Shown here: piece after piece, positions 26,278 to 41,102 of the stretch
Numbering within the stretch: the stretch's first letter is position 1
Layout of the letters: the number at the start of each line of letters is the position of its first letter
Origin: Paraphysomonas bandaiensis
Lineage: Eukaryota; Protista; Chrysophyceae
DNA: 64,000 nt
Assembly: GCA_965644295.1 (NCBI GenBank)
Contig: CBFFRP010000352.1
Location: 248,001 to 312,000, forward strand
Direction: 5' to 3'
The notes under the pieces: model-generated
The model's database searches: none
The model's input: the letters and a program-made list of their open reading frames with translations, nothing else
What the model was told of the DNA's origin: nothing
Made by a program: the position numbers and the translations under genes

Positions 26278-28834
26278 TCATATGAGTTCGCTCTCAGAAT
26301 CTCCAGACTCACCACTACTTTCTGATGCTCCAGATTCGGAAGCATCTAATTGTGAATACGGAGACTGCAAGTACGACATCATTGCGCTGACTACATTAGG
26401 CGCACTATTAGCAGTCAATCGTTTCAATGTTCGCCGTATTTTTCCGGGGATTGAACCAAAAGACTCATGGGACGTCTGGGAATTGCACACTTCAAATAGT
26501 TCCAACATATTATGCCGAGATATCCACAACAACCTAGCGGTTGGACTGATAATATATGCCGTGAAGTCTGGTTCGTAAGCGCCTTCAGCTTTATACAGCG
26601 CATCAACGCCTAATAGAGTCCAAGATCCTAATTCACTATAAAACTCTTCAGAACCTGCAAGTACTGCAACTTTCCCAGAGAGAATTAACACACACGCATT
26701 TGCCATCCTGCCACGCCGAAAGAGAATATCTTCGTTTGCTGGAGTATTCATATCTATCATGTCGCTTGTAGACACTCGAGACGGTTCCATGACACGACAC
26801 TTATCTATCATGTCTTCTACAAAGTCCACACTCGGTGGATGTCCTAAGTAACTATCAAAAAGGGGTTTCAATTGCGGAACGTTATGAACAAAGTGAGACG
26901 AAATCGCTAAAATTTCTTCATCAGATAGTCGCTCTTGATCAACTTTTCCGGAAAGTATCATGAGATTCGCTAGTTCGCGGTCACGGCGGCACATGAAGGA
27001 CTGTGCTCCTTCACCATCTTGTTCGTTGACTACAACATGTTTTATAAGTAAAGTGAGAGTTTACACATGCATCCACACGTCTTGGCATATTTACGTTAAA
27101 AATATGTCTATTGTCCCAAGATAATATAATTAGTAGAATTTGTAATTTGAGCAATACACATACTTCAGTAACAGCGATTGTGACATCATTACTTACACAA
27201 CATGTCTGTTTCATCATGCATGATGCCGATGATCTCCCCAATAATATCTTCAATGGTGACGATACCCACAACATTCCGGCGACCATGCTAAAATATCAAA
27301 ATAAGTTAGTGAATAAAATTCAACCAAACAACAAACATGTAAAAAACACGTAAAATCAAGAATTACTCTACAGAAATCACGCGAACTAGCGCGAGTCAAA
27401 ACTAACCGGAGTGAATCCATTGTCATTCACAACAAATGCCAAGTGGGTTCGCACTTGCTTCAGTGTTTTCAATACCTAATCGTAAATATACATTACAACA
27501 TTGATTGGCAAAAGTATTCAGAGTTCAAACATAGGACACAAGTATTAACAGCTATATTTATACAAATTCAGTTCGAACATATACACAGCAATGATGGGTA
27601 GCAATCAAAGCACACCTCTCCGAGAGTGTGATCATACTTGACGATATGGAATGGCCTCGATAAGATAGACACCACATTCCGTATTGGAGTTTCACACTAA
27701 AAACAAACACCATCAACCTATGAAGAATAATACGCAGCACAGCTTTGGCAATGCAATGCAGAATTCAAATACACAATCCACACACATTCACCTCACGATT
27801 GCAAATCTAGCAACACTATTTAGAGATGTCAACTCACCTTCGGGTTGAAAAGAATTAAGTCTTTCGCCAATAGTACTCCTACGATATCATGTCGATCCTT
27901 TCCATACACCGGAATTCGGCTGTAACCTGCTCGGAATACTTCCGACAGAATCTATAAAAAGTATATTCAGGAAACAAATGGTCATACACGAGAAAAAGAA
28001 CACCATCTAAAACAAAAAAGAAGAGTACCTTAAAGTTTAACTTCCCTGAAGAAGGTATCATGAAGACATCCTCTATTGGAGTCATCTGATGGTATGTAAT
28101 TATATTTAAATATTAAATGAATATCGAATTAATACCACTTCTTTGACTTTTTTATCTTGATAACGAATAGCCCCAGTCATGAATTTCACCGTTTCATTAT
28201 CCAATTGTTGGTGTCTTTCGTGAATGCGCAGCATTGTAAGTAGCTCAGTTCGGGTATGTACGGTTCCAATTTCCTCTCCAAGAAATAAATCCAGAATTTT
28301 ACTAACCGGATAAGAAAACACAAAAAATATACAGATGAGAACTTTTACTAGAGGGAGTGAGCGACGCCCGATTTGAAGAGCATACCGCGCACATATTGCT
28401 TGTGGAATAATTTCTCCAAACAGTACTATCAGTACTGTTGATAGAATAAAACCAACTATTCCAGATGTGACATGTGCCATTAATATTGAAAGTAACGAGT
28501 TGCATGCTACATTACCCAGAAGTAGGGTGCAGAGTAGTAAGTTCCCTCGTCGTCGGATAGGAAGAATGTCTCTAGCACAATCTCGTAAATCATCATTATC
28601 TCCTCCACCAATAATCTCTAGACCAATGACATCCAAACCAAGCAGTCCAAGGGTCAATCCTGCGAATAGTCCAGAAATACAGACGAGAAACATGACAATA
28701 ACGTATAGAACTGGTTCTGGCATTGTCCATGAGGTTTCTGGATCCATTTTAATACATTTCGGAACTTCATCATCATCAGCTAAGGCGTTTAATCCGATAA
28801 ATAGCGGATACAATAAAACAAGTATATAGATCAT
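26278..28834 (-). CDS. CNNM/DUF21-CBS metal (Mg2+) transporter-like protein with C-terminal cNMP-binding-homology domain
   Basis: DUF21 motifs SGLFAGLTLGLLGLD, LLCTLLLGNV, FGEIIPQAIC. CBS pair MTPIEDVFM, GYSRIPVYG, GIVTIEDIIGEII in small exons. CNBH-like LILSGKVAVLAGSEEF..G..TLLG..AL..YEPDFTA. Confidence 0.9.
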
Positions 28835-29098
28835 TAGCTTAACGCTGCACAGACAGATGATGCAATACTGTCATTCAAGGCTTCTTCACACAGACCATTA
28901 CATCGATCAAATGATTATACTCAAATAAAGACATCTCTAACCGCACTTCCACCGCATACACATACTTATACCATAGCAATAAACCGTCCAGAAGGAGTGA
29001 GAGGTGAGGCCGGGTGTGTATCATATGTCATAATATCAGTCACCCACACCATGTGGCGATTTACAGCCAATCAAAATAGAATTATTCGCTATAAAACA

Positions 29099-30561
29099 AT
29101 GAACCTTGCTGCTGCGACTACAGCACATGATGAAGACTACAGCTCCCCTCTATCTCCTGTACATACAGTAGCAAACACCACCGCGGCTGCCACTTACAGT
29201 GATGTATGTATATCCGATACTCGAATATTTCGAATCCACTCATCAAACATCGATACATCGAATGTTGATAGCTTAGAAGAGAAAGATACACTCCACGGAT
29301 AGTGCTTACTGGAATGTCATTACGGCAAGTCGACCCGTTGGTTGCCACAGAAATTATCTCCTTTTTAAATCCACTGGAGGTCGTGAAGATGGAGTGTACA
29401 AATAAAGAGTGGTTCGAAAGGATACGGAATGTGTGGTGTATTTTAAGGAAAATGCCTTATCTAAGACACCTTACGTTCAAAAAACACTCTGTACTTACGG
29501 ATAAGGCGCTATGTATCCAGGCCTGGCGAGCAATTACATCTTGTCGTGGTATAATATATCAAATAGGTGGTCTAACTCCTGTTGATTTTAATGGGAACTC
29601 AATTTCTGTATCAACATTTGCTTTTAATGATAACACAACCCAATTTTTCCCGTACGTCTTTCGAAGTACACCTTTATATCAAGAATTTCTCCAAGAGTTG
29701 TCAGCTTCTGCAACTGTTGTTGATTCCTCTGGAAATGTTAGGACTTTCGGTGGATGGAATTGCAATGAAGAGGAGTCAACGGATCAATGTTACGTGCATG
29801 ATCCTCTTACAGGGTGGCTTCCGTTTACTCGTATGAAGAATAAGGCCTGTTTTCTTGCCGCTACGTGTAATATTGACGGAGATATCTTGGTTTCAGGTGG
29901 GGGTAGTTCCCTCTTCCAGGGATCGAGTGTAGCGGCTGAATCTTACCTACTTCGTCACAGTTCAGGATCTAGTAGATGTGCTGTGAGTGACTCATTAGAA
30001 GTAAATGATTACACTCTTTCCAACTTCGCTTGGATAAACATGCCTCAAATGAACAACCCCCGGTGCGGTCATGGAGCAGTGACCACTTTGTCCGGTCGGT
30101 CATACTCCATCGGTGGCTACGGGGGAGGCTCGATTTATCATTCATCTGGCGAGTACTTTGATTATGAATCAATGAAGTGGGTTGATATAGCTCCAATGAA
30201 TCATAATAGATCAGGTTTGGGAGTTGATATGAGTTCCCAGGGAGCTGTATATGCCGTTGGTGGCTCACCAAATGGACTTGCTGGACATAATTCAGTTGAG
30301 ATGTTTGACGAACGTGTCGGTAAGTGGCAAGAAGTATCTCACATGTTGAGACGTAGAGGTTTTGTTGGAGCTTGTTTTGGTGCCTCCGGGATTTTATATG
30401 CCGCAGGAGGAATGGATAACGAAATGTTTATTGCATCGGTAGAGTGGATGGATCCTCGAATGAATAAGTGGAACTATCTTTGTGACGAAGAAAATATAAT
30501 ATTCCCTTTCTTAGAAAGAGCAGATTATCAAATGGTGTACGTAATGGGCCATTTTTATTGA
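29099..30561 (+). CDS. F-box-like/Kelch-repeat protein
   Basis: Exon 1 MNLAAATT..YSD, phase-0 intron (GTATGT..GATAG), then F-box-like PLVATEIISFL..CTNKEW and about 5-6 Kelch repeats (YSIGG..FDYESMKW..MNHNRSGLG; YAVGG..FDERVGKW; YAAGG..MDPRMNKW). Confidence 0.8.
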
Positions 30562-32535
30562 ATAGTTAGAGACCTGAGTTCATACGCAGCGGTTTGTATG
30601 TGGTGTACAGTAGCTGAAGTCGTTGTCGATGTACTTAGTTTTGTACAATTTTTATAGTCGATTGTGATAGTGAGATATATTAATTGATGCTGTAGTGGAA
30701 TTTAAAAGTTAACCGGTTGTGAGACTTCATTGCACTGCGTAGTCTATGTCGGAGATATACTGCTAGCGTTTCATTGGCAATACCAACTACAAACGTATAT
30801 GAATATAACAAGAAGAGTATATCTATACATGTTTTATTTACATGCATTTCAGTACTTCATTTTTATGGAAAAACAATAAATATGTCGCATGGCCCCATCT
30901 GAATAAGTTCTGAACGAAGAACAGTCTGAATGATAGTTATTGTGGAGAATACGCGACCTAAAGATATAAATAAAGGGTACAAGTAACAAGTAAGCACAAC
31001 GGACACCAGTATTGTCCTAAGCAAATATCACTCGAGGACAACACAATACATGTAATATCAACTGATTGCATTCATGTTAACTGACCCAACCAGTGAAGAG
31101 CCTGTCGACCATATGACTCCTACTACTGTATCATTCGTAATGATATGTTTATGTTGTGTCCTGTCTATATGACTGAGGTTTACATATATATGTCACTTAT
31201 CAAGATTAAGGTGATGTCGTAGATAAGATGTGTGTGCATGTTTGTATGAAGCTGCTGTCGTACATAACATATGTACATAACATATGTACATATATTACTG
31301 TCATTGTGTATCAGACCGTGTAGAGTTGTTTACTAATCGTTTATCAAAATGACGGTGCTGTTGTAGCTAAGAAATTGTAGTGTTTGATATGCACTACTTA
31401 TCAACTATCATTTATCAATGCCGTACACGATCCAACTTGCAGGTTTCATTGTACAAGCTACCGTACGAAATTCACAATTGTATCCAGCACACTAGAATAT
31501 ATTTCATTACTAGCACGTGGAGAAACATTATTGAGGTCTCCACAACTCCATAATAGCATGTTCTATTGGTAACCCAGTGTGTTTATGTGGTATGTCTCAA
31601 TGTTTGAGTACATGATTGACATATGTAGGGGACCTTTACCTATGAAACTGTGTGTAATACGGTGTCTGGAATGTGAAAATGACTCAAAAACTGCCTACAG
31701 TTTTTTCCGCCTCTAGATATATGGGGAGCGGAGGACATAAAGAGTGTGTAGTGTTTGTTCATGTCTGATTCTCTGGAGTTACTCACAAAGTGTTGAGTCA
31801 TATGATGCGTATCACCGATAATATTATCAGTTGCTTGTACCTCTGAGCAGTTTCTCTGTTTTAGATCTCATATCTGATAAGCTTTTAGCTCATATTGGCA
31901 GCTATGTCATCGTATACGAGATACATTCCTGTCTACGCCAGTGGTAAGATTATGTGGTGAAGAAGACGTCAGAGAGTGTGAGACGGGAAAATTAAACTTA
32001 CAGAGCTGCTAAATATGCCTTCTAAATTGATGATATTCATATTGATATAGTTGATCATTACAGCAGTGTGTGCTAATCACAGGCCAGTGTTTGCGTATAT
32101 AGCTTGTTACAGTGTCTGATGTACTTGTGATTAATTTAATTGTTGATTTTATAATTGTGCTTCATTCGTATTGTGGAGTACTGCGATTAATCAATGTACA
32201 GTTATTATGTCTACTACTCAATAGCAAAGCCACGCATAGTCTTTACTGCTGTCAGTGATTGTCAAATCATTTGTAGCATAGACTCCTATCTCTCTATATA
32301 TTCGCTTCAATAGTATTCGAAAGTGTATCGGAGAAAGATTTTTGTTTCCGTGGCCAGCATTTTAATATTGCATTATTACTTCAGCTAAAATAATTGTAAT
32401 GAGGTAGTGGTGAGCAGTATTAGTCGCCCCAATATTACAACAACTGGGCTTATCTCCACTTAGTATTTATAATGCCCTTTCTCGAAACACACAACTCTAT
32501 AGTTTAATGTACTCAAGCTGGTGAAGTTGCACTAC

Positions 32536-35500
32536 CTATGGGGTCGTCAGAGTGGTATCGCTCTCTATCGATGATTTCCTGCTGTCTACTAAGCAAATTG
32601 ATTACATATGACACAGTGAAATCGTTCAACCACATATCGTACCTATGGAATCGCCTTTACTGACCCATGAGCTGTTGAAGTTTCCGGATCGAAAGCTATG
32701 GCTGGGACTGTTGTTATAGCGACTCAAAGACCTTCCCCTCCAACTTCTAGAACCCCTCAGGCCACGAAAATTCTCTTCAGAAAAACTTGTACTCGGTGAT
32801 AAAGACCCTGAAACAAATAAGAACCAGCAATGAAACTCATATAGTAACTGACCTCCAGAGAGCGAACTTGATGCTTCCGACACTGAGCTTACTATCCTTC
32901 TCAGAGGAGGAATGTTCTTGGTAGGGGACGAATTTCTCGACAACTATGCAACAATATTATCAAAGAATAAAATATCAACCAAATTTAGACCTGATTAAGG
33001 CATATTACTAAAACGCTAGTGTTGTCTGACCCGCCCTGACTCTCAACCTGGTATGATATCATCATACACAGGCGTACGCTATAAATTAAGTTATACCTTC
33101 GCCACCATTTCTTTTGCTGCCCGCTGAGCATCGCCATGTTCGAACAAACGGCGTCTGCAAGAGTATGAAAATAAAAAACGAAGCATGTGCGGCTCCAAAC
33201 TGACCTCACAAAATTAACTACTTCGACACAAGAGCACTTCTCCCATAGACCATCTGATGCTAGAATCAAGAATTCATAGGTGGGATGAATTACTAGTTCC
33301 AAGCACTACAGAAAAATAAAATCGGAAATACAATAAAACTAAACAATGACCTCTGGCATCGACACAACTTGATTAGAAGGCCGCCACACGTCTCCTAGAT
33401 CTCCTTCAACAATAGGTTGACAAGTCTTTTCATTGGGGTTATAAGTCTTGAACATAATGTCCCCGAATGATCTCGATACGCCAAGAACACCATTAACTCT
33501 ATCACTTCCAGTTACCAAAAAGTAGCATAACGACATAAGCTTACGAACCTTCCATTCTGCACCCAACCTCCTGCAGCTTCAATCCGGTCAGTTTCAACTG
33601 GGTTTGTAGGTACATGATCCATCGTCAGCTGCACGGCAATCTGATGTCACGAATTAAATACATTTGTCTACCGACATACTTAAGACAATATCTCACCCCG
33701 CTCTCACTCAGAACTGCCCTACAGTCTCCCACATGTGCGATGAACAATTTCACAGGCGGGCGAGGCCCAGTATTTTCTTCGGCAGTGCGAGGTGATCCAG
33801 CATCGTCAACTGATGGGACCTCCACATTCCCACCTGAACGCAGGGCTATAGTTAGTTCAACGGACCCGGAGTGAGAGATGAACATAACGATACCATAATT
33901 GCTTTCGCGCATTACATCCAGTTGTGGCTGAGCGGGTGATATAAATGAATCACTGTGAAGAAGCGAATGGGTCGACGAGCTCAAACTCATGAGTGTGCTC
34001 CTATTCGACTTATTAGATGATCGCCTTGAGGCAGAAGAGGACAAGGATGATGACGTGTTCGAGCTCCTTGGGCTGGCCTGCTTCGAGTTTGTAGGCGTCT
34101 CGTACGGCCAACCACCATAAAGTATAGCTACAATCGCGGTACTTCCTGTGGAGAAGTATCATCGATATGTAACACAATAGTTGTTGTAACTATATACCTG
34201 CAAAACTTTGTAAACCGCATTCTCTGATCAATGAACTCTGCGTCTTTCTTGCTGTCTTTGTTCCACCAGGACTGGTGACCACCAACGACGATAACTAATT
34301 ACACGAAAAATGTTAGACTACGTAACACTCTACAACAACGCTACATACCCTTTCCTCTCTACTACGCTCAGAAGGGGGAGGTGGTGGAAGATTCACATCG
34401 GTGGTATCCAATTGCAAATTTTCCATATCGATCGTCATCGACTCTCTTGTTTCTTTGGCAGCTCTCATCCTCTCAAAATCTGTCATCAAGACCTCGTCGT
34501 CTACTAGAGAGCATGCTTCCATGAAGCTCAATGTCACGCCATTTCCAGAGGAGCCGTGTACAGCTAAACGCTGTCGGAAGCGAATATGAAGATGCTGTTG
34601 TAAATACTCTGACACATAAGACCCTTCGTGACCATCATAAATACCAAAAAAAGCAAAATCTTCGGTGCGTCCTTTCGCTAGATACTGCAAACAATATATC
34701 TATAAATTCATATAAATTCTGAAGCAATAGCACACGCACGTCTGCATGAAAAGAAGAGTTTGGCGCAGCTCCACTTAGCATTCGTTCTTTCTGTCTCGCC
34801 GCTTCTTCTTCCACACTGACTTTGGCAGTGGTGCGATCCTCCATCGCATCCCGACCATTTATATTCTCAGCTACGCCGTATCTGTAACGGGTATTATGAA
34901 AGACAATATTTGTCCACAACCACTGACCGTACTCCAACGCGAAGGTTGGATTGTCCAGCCCATGTCTTGATATAGAACAAGGAATCCTGCCCTCTTCTGT
35001 CCAGCGTGAGAGGCAGCATTTGGTTATCTCGACGTGTTGATGGGGTCGTGGGCTGACAGAGGGAATCCAGCATGTTGTCGAGCCCGTCGTCGTCAAGCTC
35101 AACAATCTGCAGGTGATTCGGGGTGAGTACTTGATTCGTGTAAGTATTAAACGTAACCCTTACCTCGTCGTCAGACACGTAGTCACATAATTCGGACAAC
35201 TGTTTGGAACTTGTGGTGTTTCTGGGCGCAGAATCTGTTGGAGAAGCTTTCGATGCCTGGCCCTTTACAACCACCTCCAGAAGCTGTTCTTCGTCCGAGT
35301 CCGAGTCAGAATCAACGGACTCTATTCCCCCGTCGGAACCAGACTCTGTACTGGCGTTGTCCAAGTCATTTGTTGAAATAGAAGCTTGAGTTTCTAAGCG
35401 AGGCTGTCGTACTGGAGAAGACGGCGCAGATGAAAATTTCTGATGACAAGATTTAAAAAACGTAAATCCAATCTACAGCTTGACGCACCACATTGGATGT

Positions 35501-38500
35501 ACTCTTGCTCTTCCTGGAAGAATCTGAAATATCGGATTTAGTGTTATTGCTACTGTTGCTGTTTCCTCTTGATAGCTGAGTGTTCATGGACTTAGCTTTC
35601 CGCGCCCTCAGTGTTGGACGACTACAAAATTCCATTGATCACACAGTGTGAGTAGTGTTTCATATATACTCACAGCTCATCATTATCTGAATCATACGCC
35701 TCCTCAGATGAGTACGTGTTCGACCTGCTCAGAATGTTATAGATGATTCATGACTCCTTCAGGTGATAACGTTTAAGAGAAATGCATAATTGTGCGTTAA
35801 TTCGGTAACTCGTGAATGCTCATGTCAATTAACAACAAATTGTAACGTACAAACCTTCCCAGTGATTTTCGTTTATCCCATTTCACATTTTGTGACGTCC
35901 AATTGAACCCGCTCAGCATATTATCATTTCGATTCTTAGCATTAGTTATAATAACTCCTTTCCATACTTCCCCAGATTCAGTAAGCACCATTTCTGTGGG
36001 GCGAGCAACGAACTCCTGATGTTTAGTATATGACAGTCGTTTTGGTTTTTCTCTGTAGGTTTTAAAAGATGTTACACACAAGTGAGACGTTTTATGTAGC
36101 ATCATCACTTACGATACGTAGTCGCTGTCGTCATCATCACTTCCGTGATCCAACGCGTATATAGCCGCACTTCGCGAAGCTGGCGAACCAGACCTGGATC
36201 GAAGTGCCGAGCATGAGGAGATCGATGATTCTCTGCTTCGCCTGAGGTTCTCACTCGAGGTACCAGGAGGCTAAACATAGTGAAACATTCGTTAGAAGAT
36301 TCTCAATACGGTGCTGTTCATTGCACGTCGTACCAAGAGAAGAGGACTACCAATACTTCTCATGGACCGCCAACCCGGGGAATTCTCTTCTACATCACCA
36401 CTATCGTTCTAAAATGAAAGGAATCCAGTAAATGTCACAGAAATCGAATAGATAAACAATTACCGATGCATCAAACGCAATACCGCTGGTACTTTTCATT
36501 CTTGTGTGCTGCAACACAAATATTACTCCACAGGTGAACAGGGTGTTACATTATGATTACATGGGAACCAGGGCTGATAGTAATGCCTTTGCATATATCA
36601 AGGTCGCTGACAGTGGCATATGATCCCGAGAGGCGTCTGATGGGGATAGCGCCTAGGAGAGCTTGAAATCGAGCGAGTTCGACATACAAATTACACACCT
36701 ATGTACTCCGGAATTGCCTCGTGGATAAGCAGTTCAGAGACTCGATCCCTAGCATCATACGTCGCAACATGCATGTCATCGTCATCGATCGGCTGGGAGC
36801 CTTCTCTTGTAACCCACTCGTGCCATTGCACTTCCGCCTAACATAATTTATGAGACACACAGTCCCGGCCATAAGACTTTATTATACCATTGTTATTCGA
36901 GTTTTAGGGTCCTTTTCCAGCATTCTCTTCAACAAGTTCCTCAAATGAGGGTCAATATTAAATTCTTGGTCCTTGGGAAAGGTGAGCTCTATATTCTGAA
37001 CCATGTCGGCTAACTGTATTTGATTTTGAGCCATCCAAGGAGGTCTTCCAAACACCATGTTGTACAGTGTTGCACCAAGACCCCAGACATCAACCTAAAA
37101 AATACAAGAATCAACATCGATACAGGAAACTAATATCCCAGAACCAGAGGTGAGTTAACGCTACTATTGTCCCCATCCGACAGGCCCACTTTAAACAGCT
37201 CTGGAGCCATAAATGCAGGTGTCCCGCCAGCAGCCAGTTTCGCACCACCGCTTGTTAATACTGCAGCCCCAAAATCAGCAATTTTTACCACCTAGCAGCG
37301 AATTATTATTCTTCGGTATGAATGTCCCAATAATTACCTTATCGTCTGCGGACCGAAGCATGTTCTGAGGTTTCAAGTCCCTATGCACGACCCCCTAAAA
37401 AACTTGTCAGAATAGGAAATAATACTGCACAGGTAGAACCTGGGAGTGCAAGTAACTGACTCCTCGAAGCATATCTCTGAAGTACAACCACACTTTTTCC
37501 GGTGGCAATGGTTCGGTTACAACTTGCTCTCCTGGTAGCAGTGGACCACCTTCCATGTATTCCTATCACAAGTATATCATCATGCCCTTGGATATATATT
37601 ATCTTTAAGTAATAAGTACCTGTATCAAATACACTTGTTTTGCCGATGGGTCGTCAATGACCTCAAGTAAGCTCACAACATTCGGATGGCGTAGATTTTT
37701 CATGATTGCAATTTCTTTTTTAATTTCATTCGTTAAATGCATGTTCCACTTATGTGCTGATCTGTGAGGGAGCTATAAGGGAAGTAAAACTTAAATAGAA
37801 CACGAAACTCACTTGGAAACCATTTTCATCGCATAGAGTTTGTCGGTTTCTTCATCACGACATAAATATACCCCTCCGAAAGATCCACGGCCCAGTTCAC
37901 GTATCACAAGATACTTATTAATAAATCTGTTCCAAAAAATGTCACCCATTACAAGTGGTGCGTATGTGCACTGTCTACTACCGGTCACCGGTGGAGAGTC
38001 GTTTACGTACAAGGACACTAGTGGTAGTGACCTCTGTCTGAGAATCACTTGCATCGCTAATATCAGAACGGTCGGAAATACTGTGTTCAAAGTGTTAAAA
38101 AAACTCATTGCAGGATAAGTACAGTGTTTTACCGACGAGAAGAATAAGATGCATAGCTGTCACTCGCTCGACGCACAACACATCAAAACAAGAGGGCGGC
38201 ATTATCCACGACATGCACTGACATTCTGGAAGAAAGAGATGCCCTAAATTTCACAAAATAAATCATTAGAATCAATTACGGAAAGTGGGAGCGACGTACG
38301 ATCTATAAGGAGACGACATATCATCAGTGTCGTTGCTCATACTGTTGGAGGTCGATGACGTTTCCAAGTTATGCATTTTCGCGATATTTGTCTTCTCACG
38401 GCGTTCCCTCACCAACGTCCTCTCGTAAGCCACATTCTGAATAGAGAGACTAAACAACGGAATAATACTAAGACACAAGGTATACACCTGCATCATCTTG

Positions 38501-39950
38501 TGGAATTGCTGCGTGGTCAACGCATCACGGAATGCGGCCTTCGATAAGTAGAGACACGCTGTTCTCCCAACTGCCACCACGCTGGCCACTCTAAGTATAT
38601 CATTACATTAGTATAGGTACCTTATATTCACTACATTACCTCGGTTCGTCGTAAATGATAGCCATCTCACCAAAGAAATGACCCTCATAGAGGCGTGTCA
38701 GCACATCCCGCCTTACTTTGAACCCGTCCCACGATTCCTCAATAATGTCCGCCGCTCCATCTGTGATAATATAAAATTTGTCGCCAACATCTCCTTGGCG
38801 AATGATATATTCTCCATCCTGAAACTCCTGGTGCTGTAAGAGGGAGTACATCTCCAACTGATCGCTCTGAGGGAGGGTCCGGATGAGCGGCACAGCCTTC
38901 ATAAGAAGAAAAGTCCGGAACTTGTGCCATAAATGAAAGTGTTCTGGGGCAATGCAGCCAAGAGTGGTTTCTGTTACCACTCGAATTGAGGCATTACGTC
39001 TCACCTAACATATCAAGTTACATATATCATTGAAGATGACGTAGTCTACCACTCGATTCGACATGAAGTACTTCTGTCCAAAGTACTGACCACGCCCTAG
39101 CCTAGTTAAAAACTCCTCAGCCCCTATCAATATTTTGATGGTGTATATGTTAACAATAGGTAGAACGTACCATTGACTGTTCGAACAACCTCTACTTGGG
39201 CATCTTCTGGGCCCAAAATTAAGAAGAAACAACCACCATCATCGTCGTCCCCCTCCCGTACCACAATATCTCCAGGATACATGGTTCTCGTCTCTATCGA
39301 CCGAATAAGCTCTTGCTGATCAGAGGGCTCCAACGAATCAAACTGAAGATCAGTGATTTCGCGCAGCTGAGCAAACATCTCATTTCCCTCTTGCTTGGTT
39401 GTGTCAGGAATGCTTGCTCCCCGAATGACACCAGAGTCTTCATCAGTCGCATGCGATGACATTGACTGTAGCCCTTCCCCCTGCGAAAAATATAATGCTA
39501 CAAAGCAGAAAGTATAGCGGCATGTACGTCAAGGTCTTCCACAAGCCAATCTTGGACATCCTCCTCCTCGTCGTCTTCTTCAGAAAGGGAACTTGAGCAC
39601 GACAGCGTAAAATTCTTCCTGTGGGATTGCTAAGGCATAATCTAGTGCTGCACTCTAAAATCGTACCTGTAGGATGAATGCGGGGACGGAGATGATGATA
39701 CGGAAGGTAACGAGTCATTTGTAAATTCACTGAAGCTACTAAAAAAATCGTCACTTCCAGATATACTCTCACCAGTTGCTCCTGTGTTGGGCCCATCGGA
39801 CGAGGGGGGGTTATGCTCCCCAGAAAACGCAAGCTTTGGATGTAATTGAGCCATCCATCTGCGTTTATGTCCCAAGTGTTCCATAGCTTTTGAGGATGAT
39901 GATTCATCTGATGACTGTCTGCCCAATACAGTCTTCTTCGGTGAGCTCAT
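32536..39950 (-). CDS. Multi-exon fusion: 2x cyclic-nucleotide-binding domain + CAMKK-like Ser/Thr kinase + PP2C phosphatase
   Basis: CNB1 (IVVREGD..YFGQKYF..RNAS) and CNB2 (IIRQGDVGDKFYII..FGEMAIIYDEPRVAS). Kinase (INKY..LGRGSFG, YAMK, KEIAIMKNLRHPNVV.L.EVIDDP, HRDLKPQN, DFG, GTPAFMAPE). PP2C (GRDAMEDR, YDGHEG, GSTA, AHVGDCRAVL, DH, GVSRSFGD, ILASDGLWE, GSDN). Linker exons join in frame via GT-AG introns. Confidence 0.8.
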
Positions 39951-40369
39951 TATAAACTAACCCTTTAATTTATTATATTAACTCAATGTCACCTTCACAA
40001 CTATATGGTCCATTACGGAACTCTGTAGTCTGGAATTATGACTGTTTAAGGGCTGATATAGGAGGTATTCGTGTCGTATATGATGTGCTGTGGTATATAT
40101 CAGTTGAATCCTCCACATTGATAAACAGCACTGTACTGCTGTACGAGTTCAGAGGGATGGGATGACAAAAACCCATACTGTGTATACCAAAAATACACAG
40201 TTTCCTGTTCCAGTGAGGGATTGCTTCGCACTGGGTTTGTCCATTTCTGCTCGTATTCTGGTATTCTAACCAATCATCAGGCGTGAAGAATAGGGATGAA
40301 GAATTGTGTGGGCAATGCCAAAAAAACTCACAGTACTGTATATGTATATGTACCGCTATCTGTACAGTG

Positions 40370-41102
40370 GTATGTATGTATGTATGTATGTATGTATGTA
40401 TGTATGTATGTATGTATGTATGTATGTATGTATGTATGTATGTATGTATGTATGTATGTATGTATGTATGTATGTATGTATGTATGTATGTATGTATGTA
40501 TGTATGTATGTATGTATGTATGTATGTATGTATGTATGTATGTATGTATGTATGTATGTATGTATGTATGTATGTATGTATGTATGTATGTATGTATGTA
40601 TGTATGTATGTATGTATGTATGTATGTATGTATGTATGTATGTTTGTATGTATGTATGTTTGTATGTATGTATGTATGTATGTATGTATGTATGTATGTA
40701 TGTATGTATGTATGTATGTATGTATGTATGTATGTATGTATGTATGTATGTATGTATGTATGTATGTATGTATGTATGTATGTATGTATGTATGTATGTA
40801 TGTATGTATGTATGTATGTATGTATGTATGTATGTATGTATGTATGTATGTATGTATGTATGTATGTATGTATGTATGTATGTATGTATGTATGTATGTA
40901 TGTATGTATGTATGTATGTATGTATGTATGTATGTATGTATGTATGTATGTATGTATGTATGTATGTATGTATGTATGTATGTAGCCTACTGTGTAGGTG
41001 TGTATGTATGTATGTATGTATGTATGTATGTATGTATGTATGTAGCCTACTGTGTAGGTGTGTATGTATGTATGTATGTATGTATGTACAGTGTATGTAT
41101 GT
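40370..41102. repeat. (TATG)n tetranucleotide microsatellite, about 0.73 kb
   Basis: Nearly perfect TATG array from 40370 to 40983, followed by two 60-nt-period units containing GCCTACTGTGTAGG. Confidence 0.98.
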
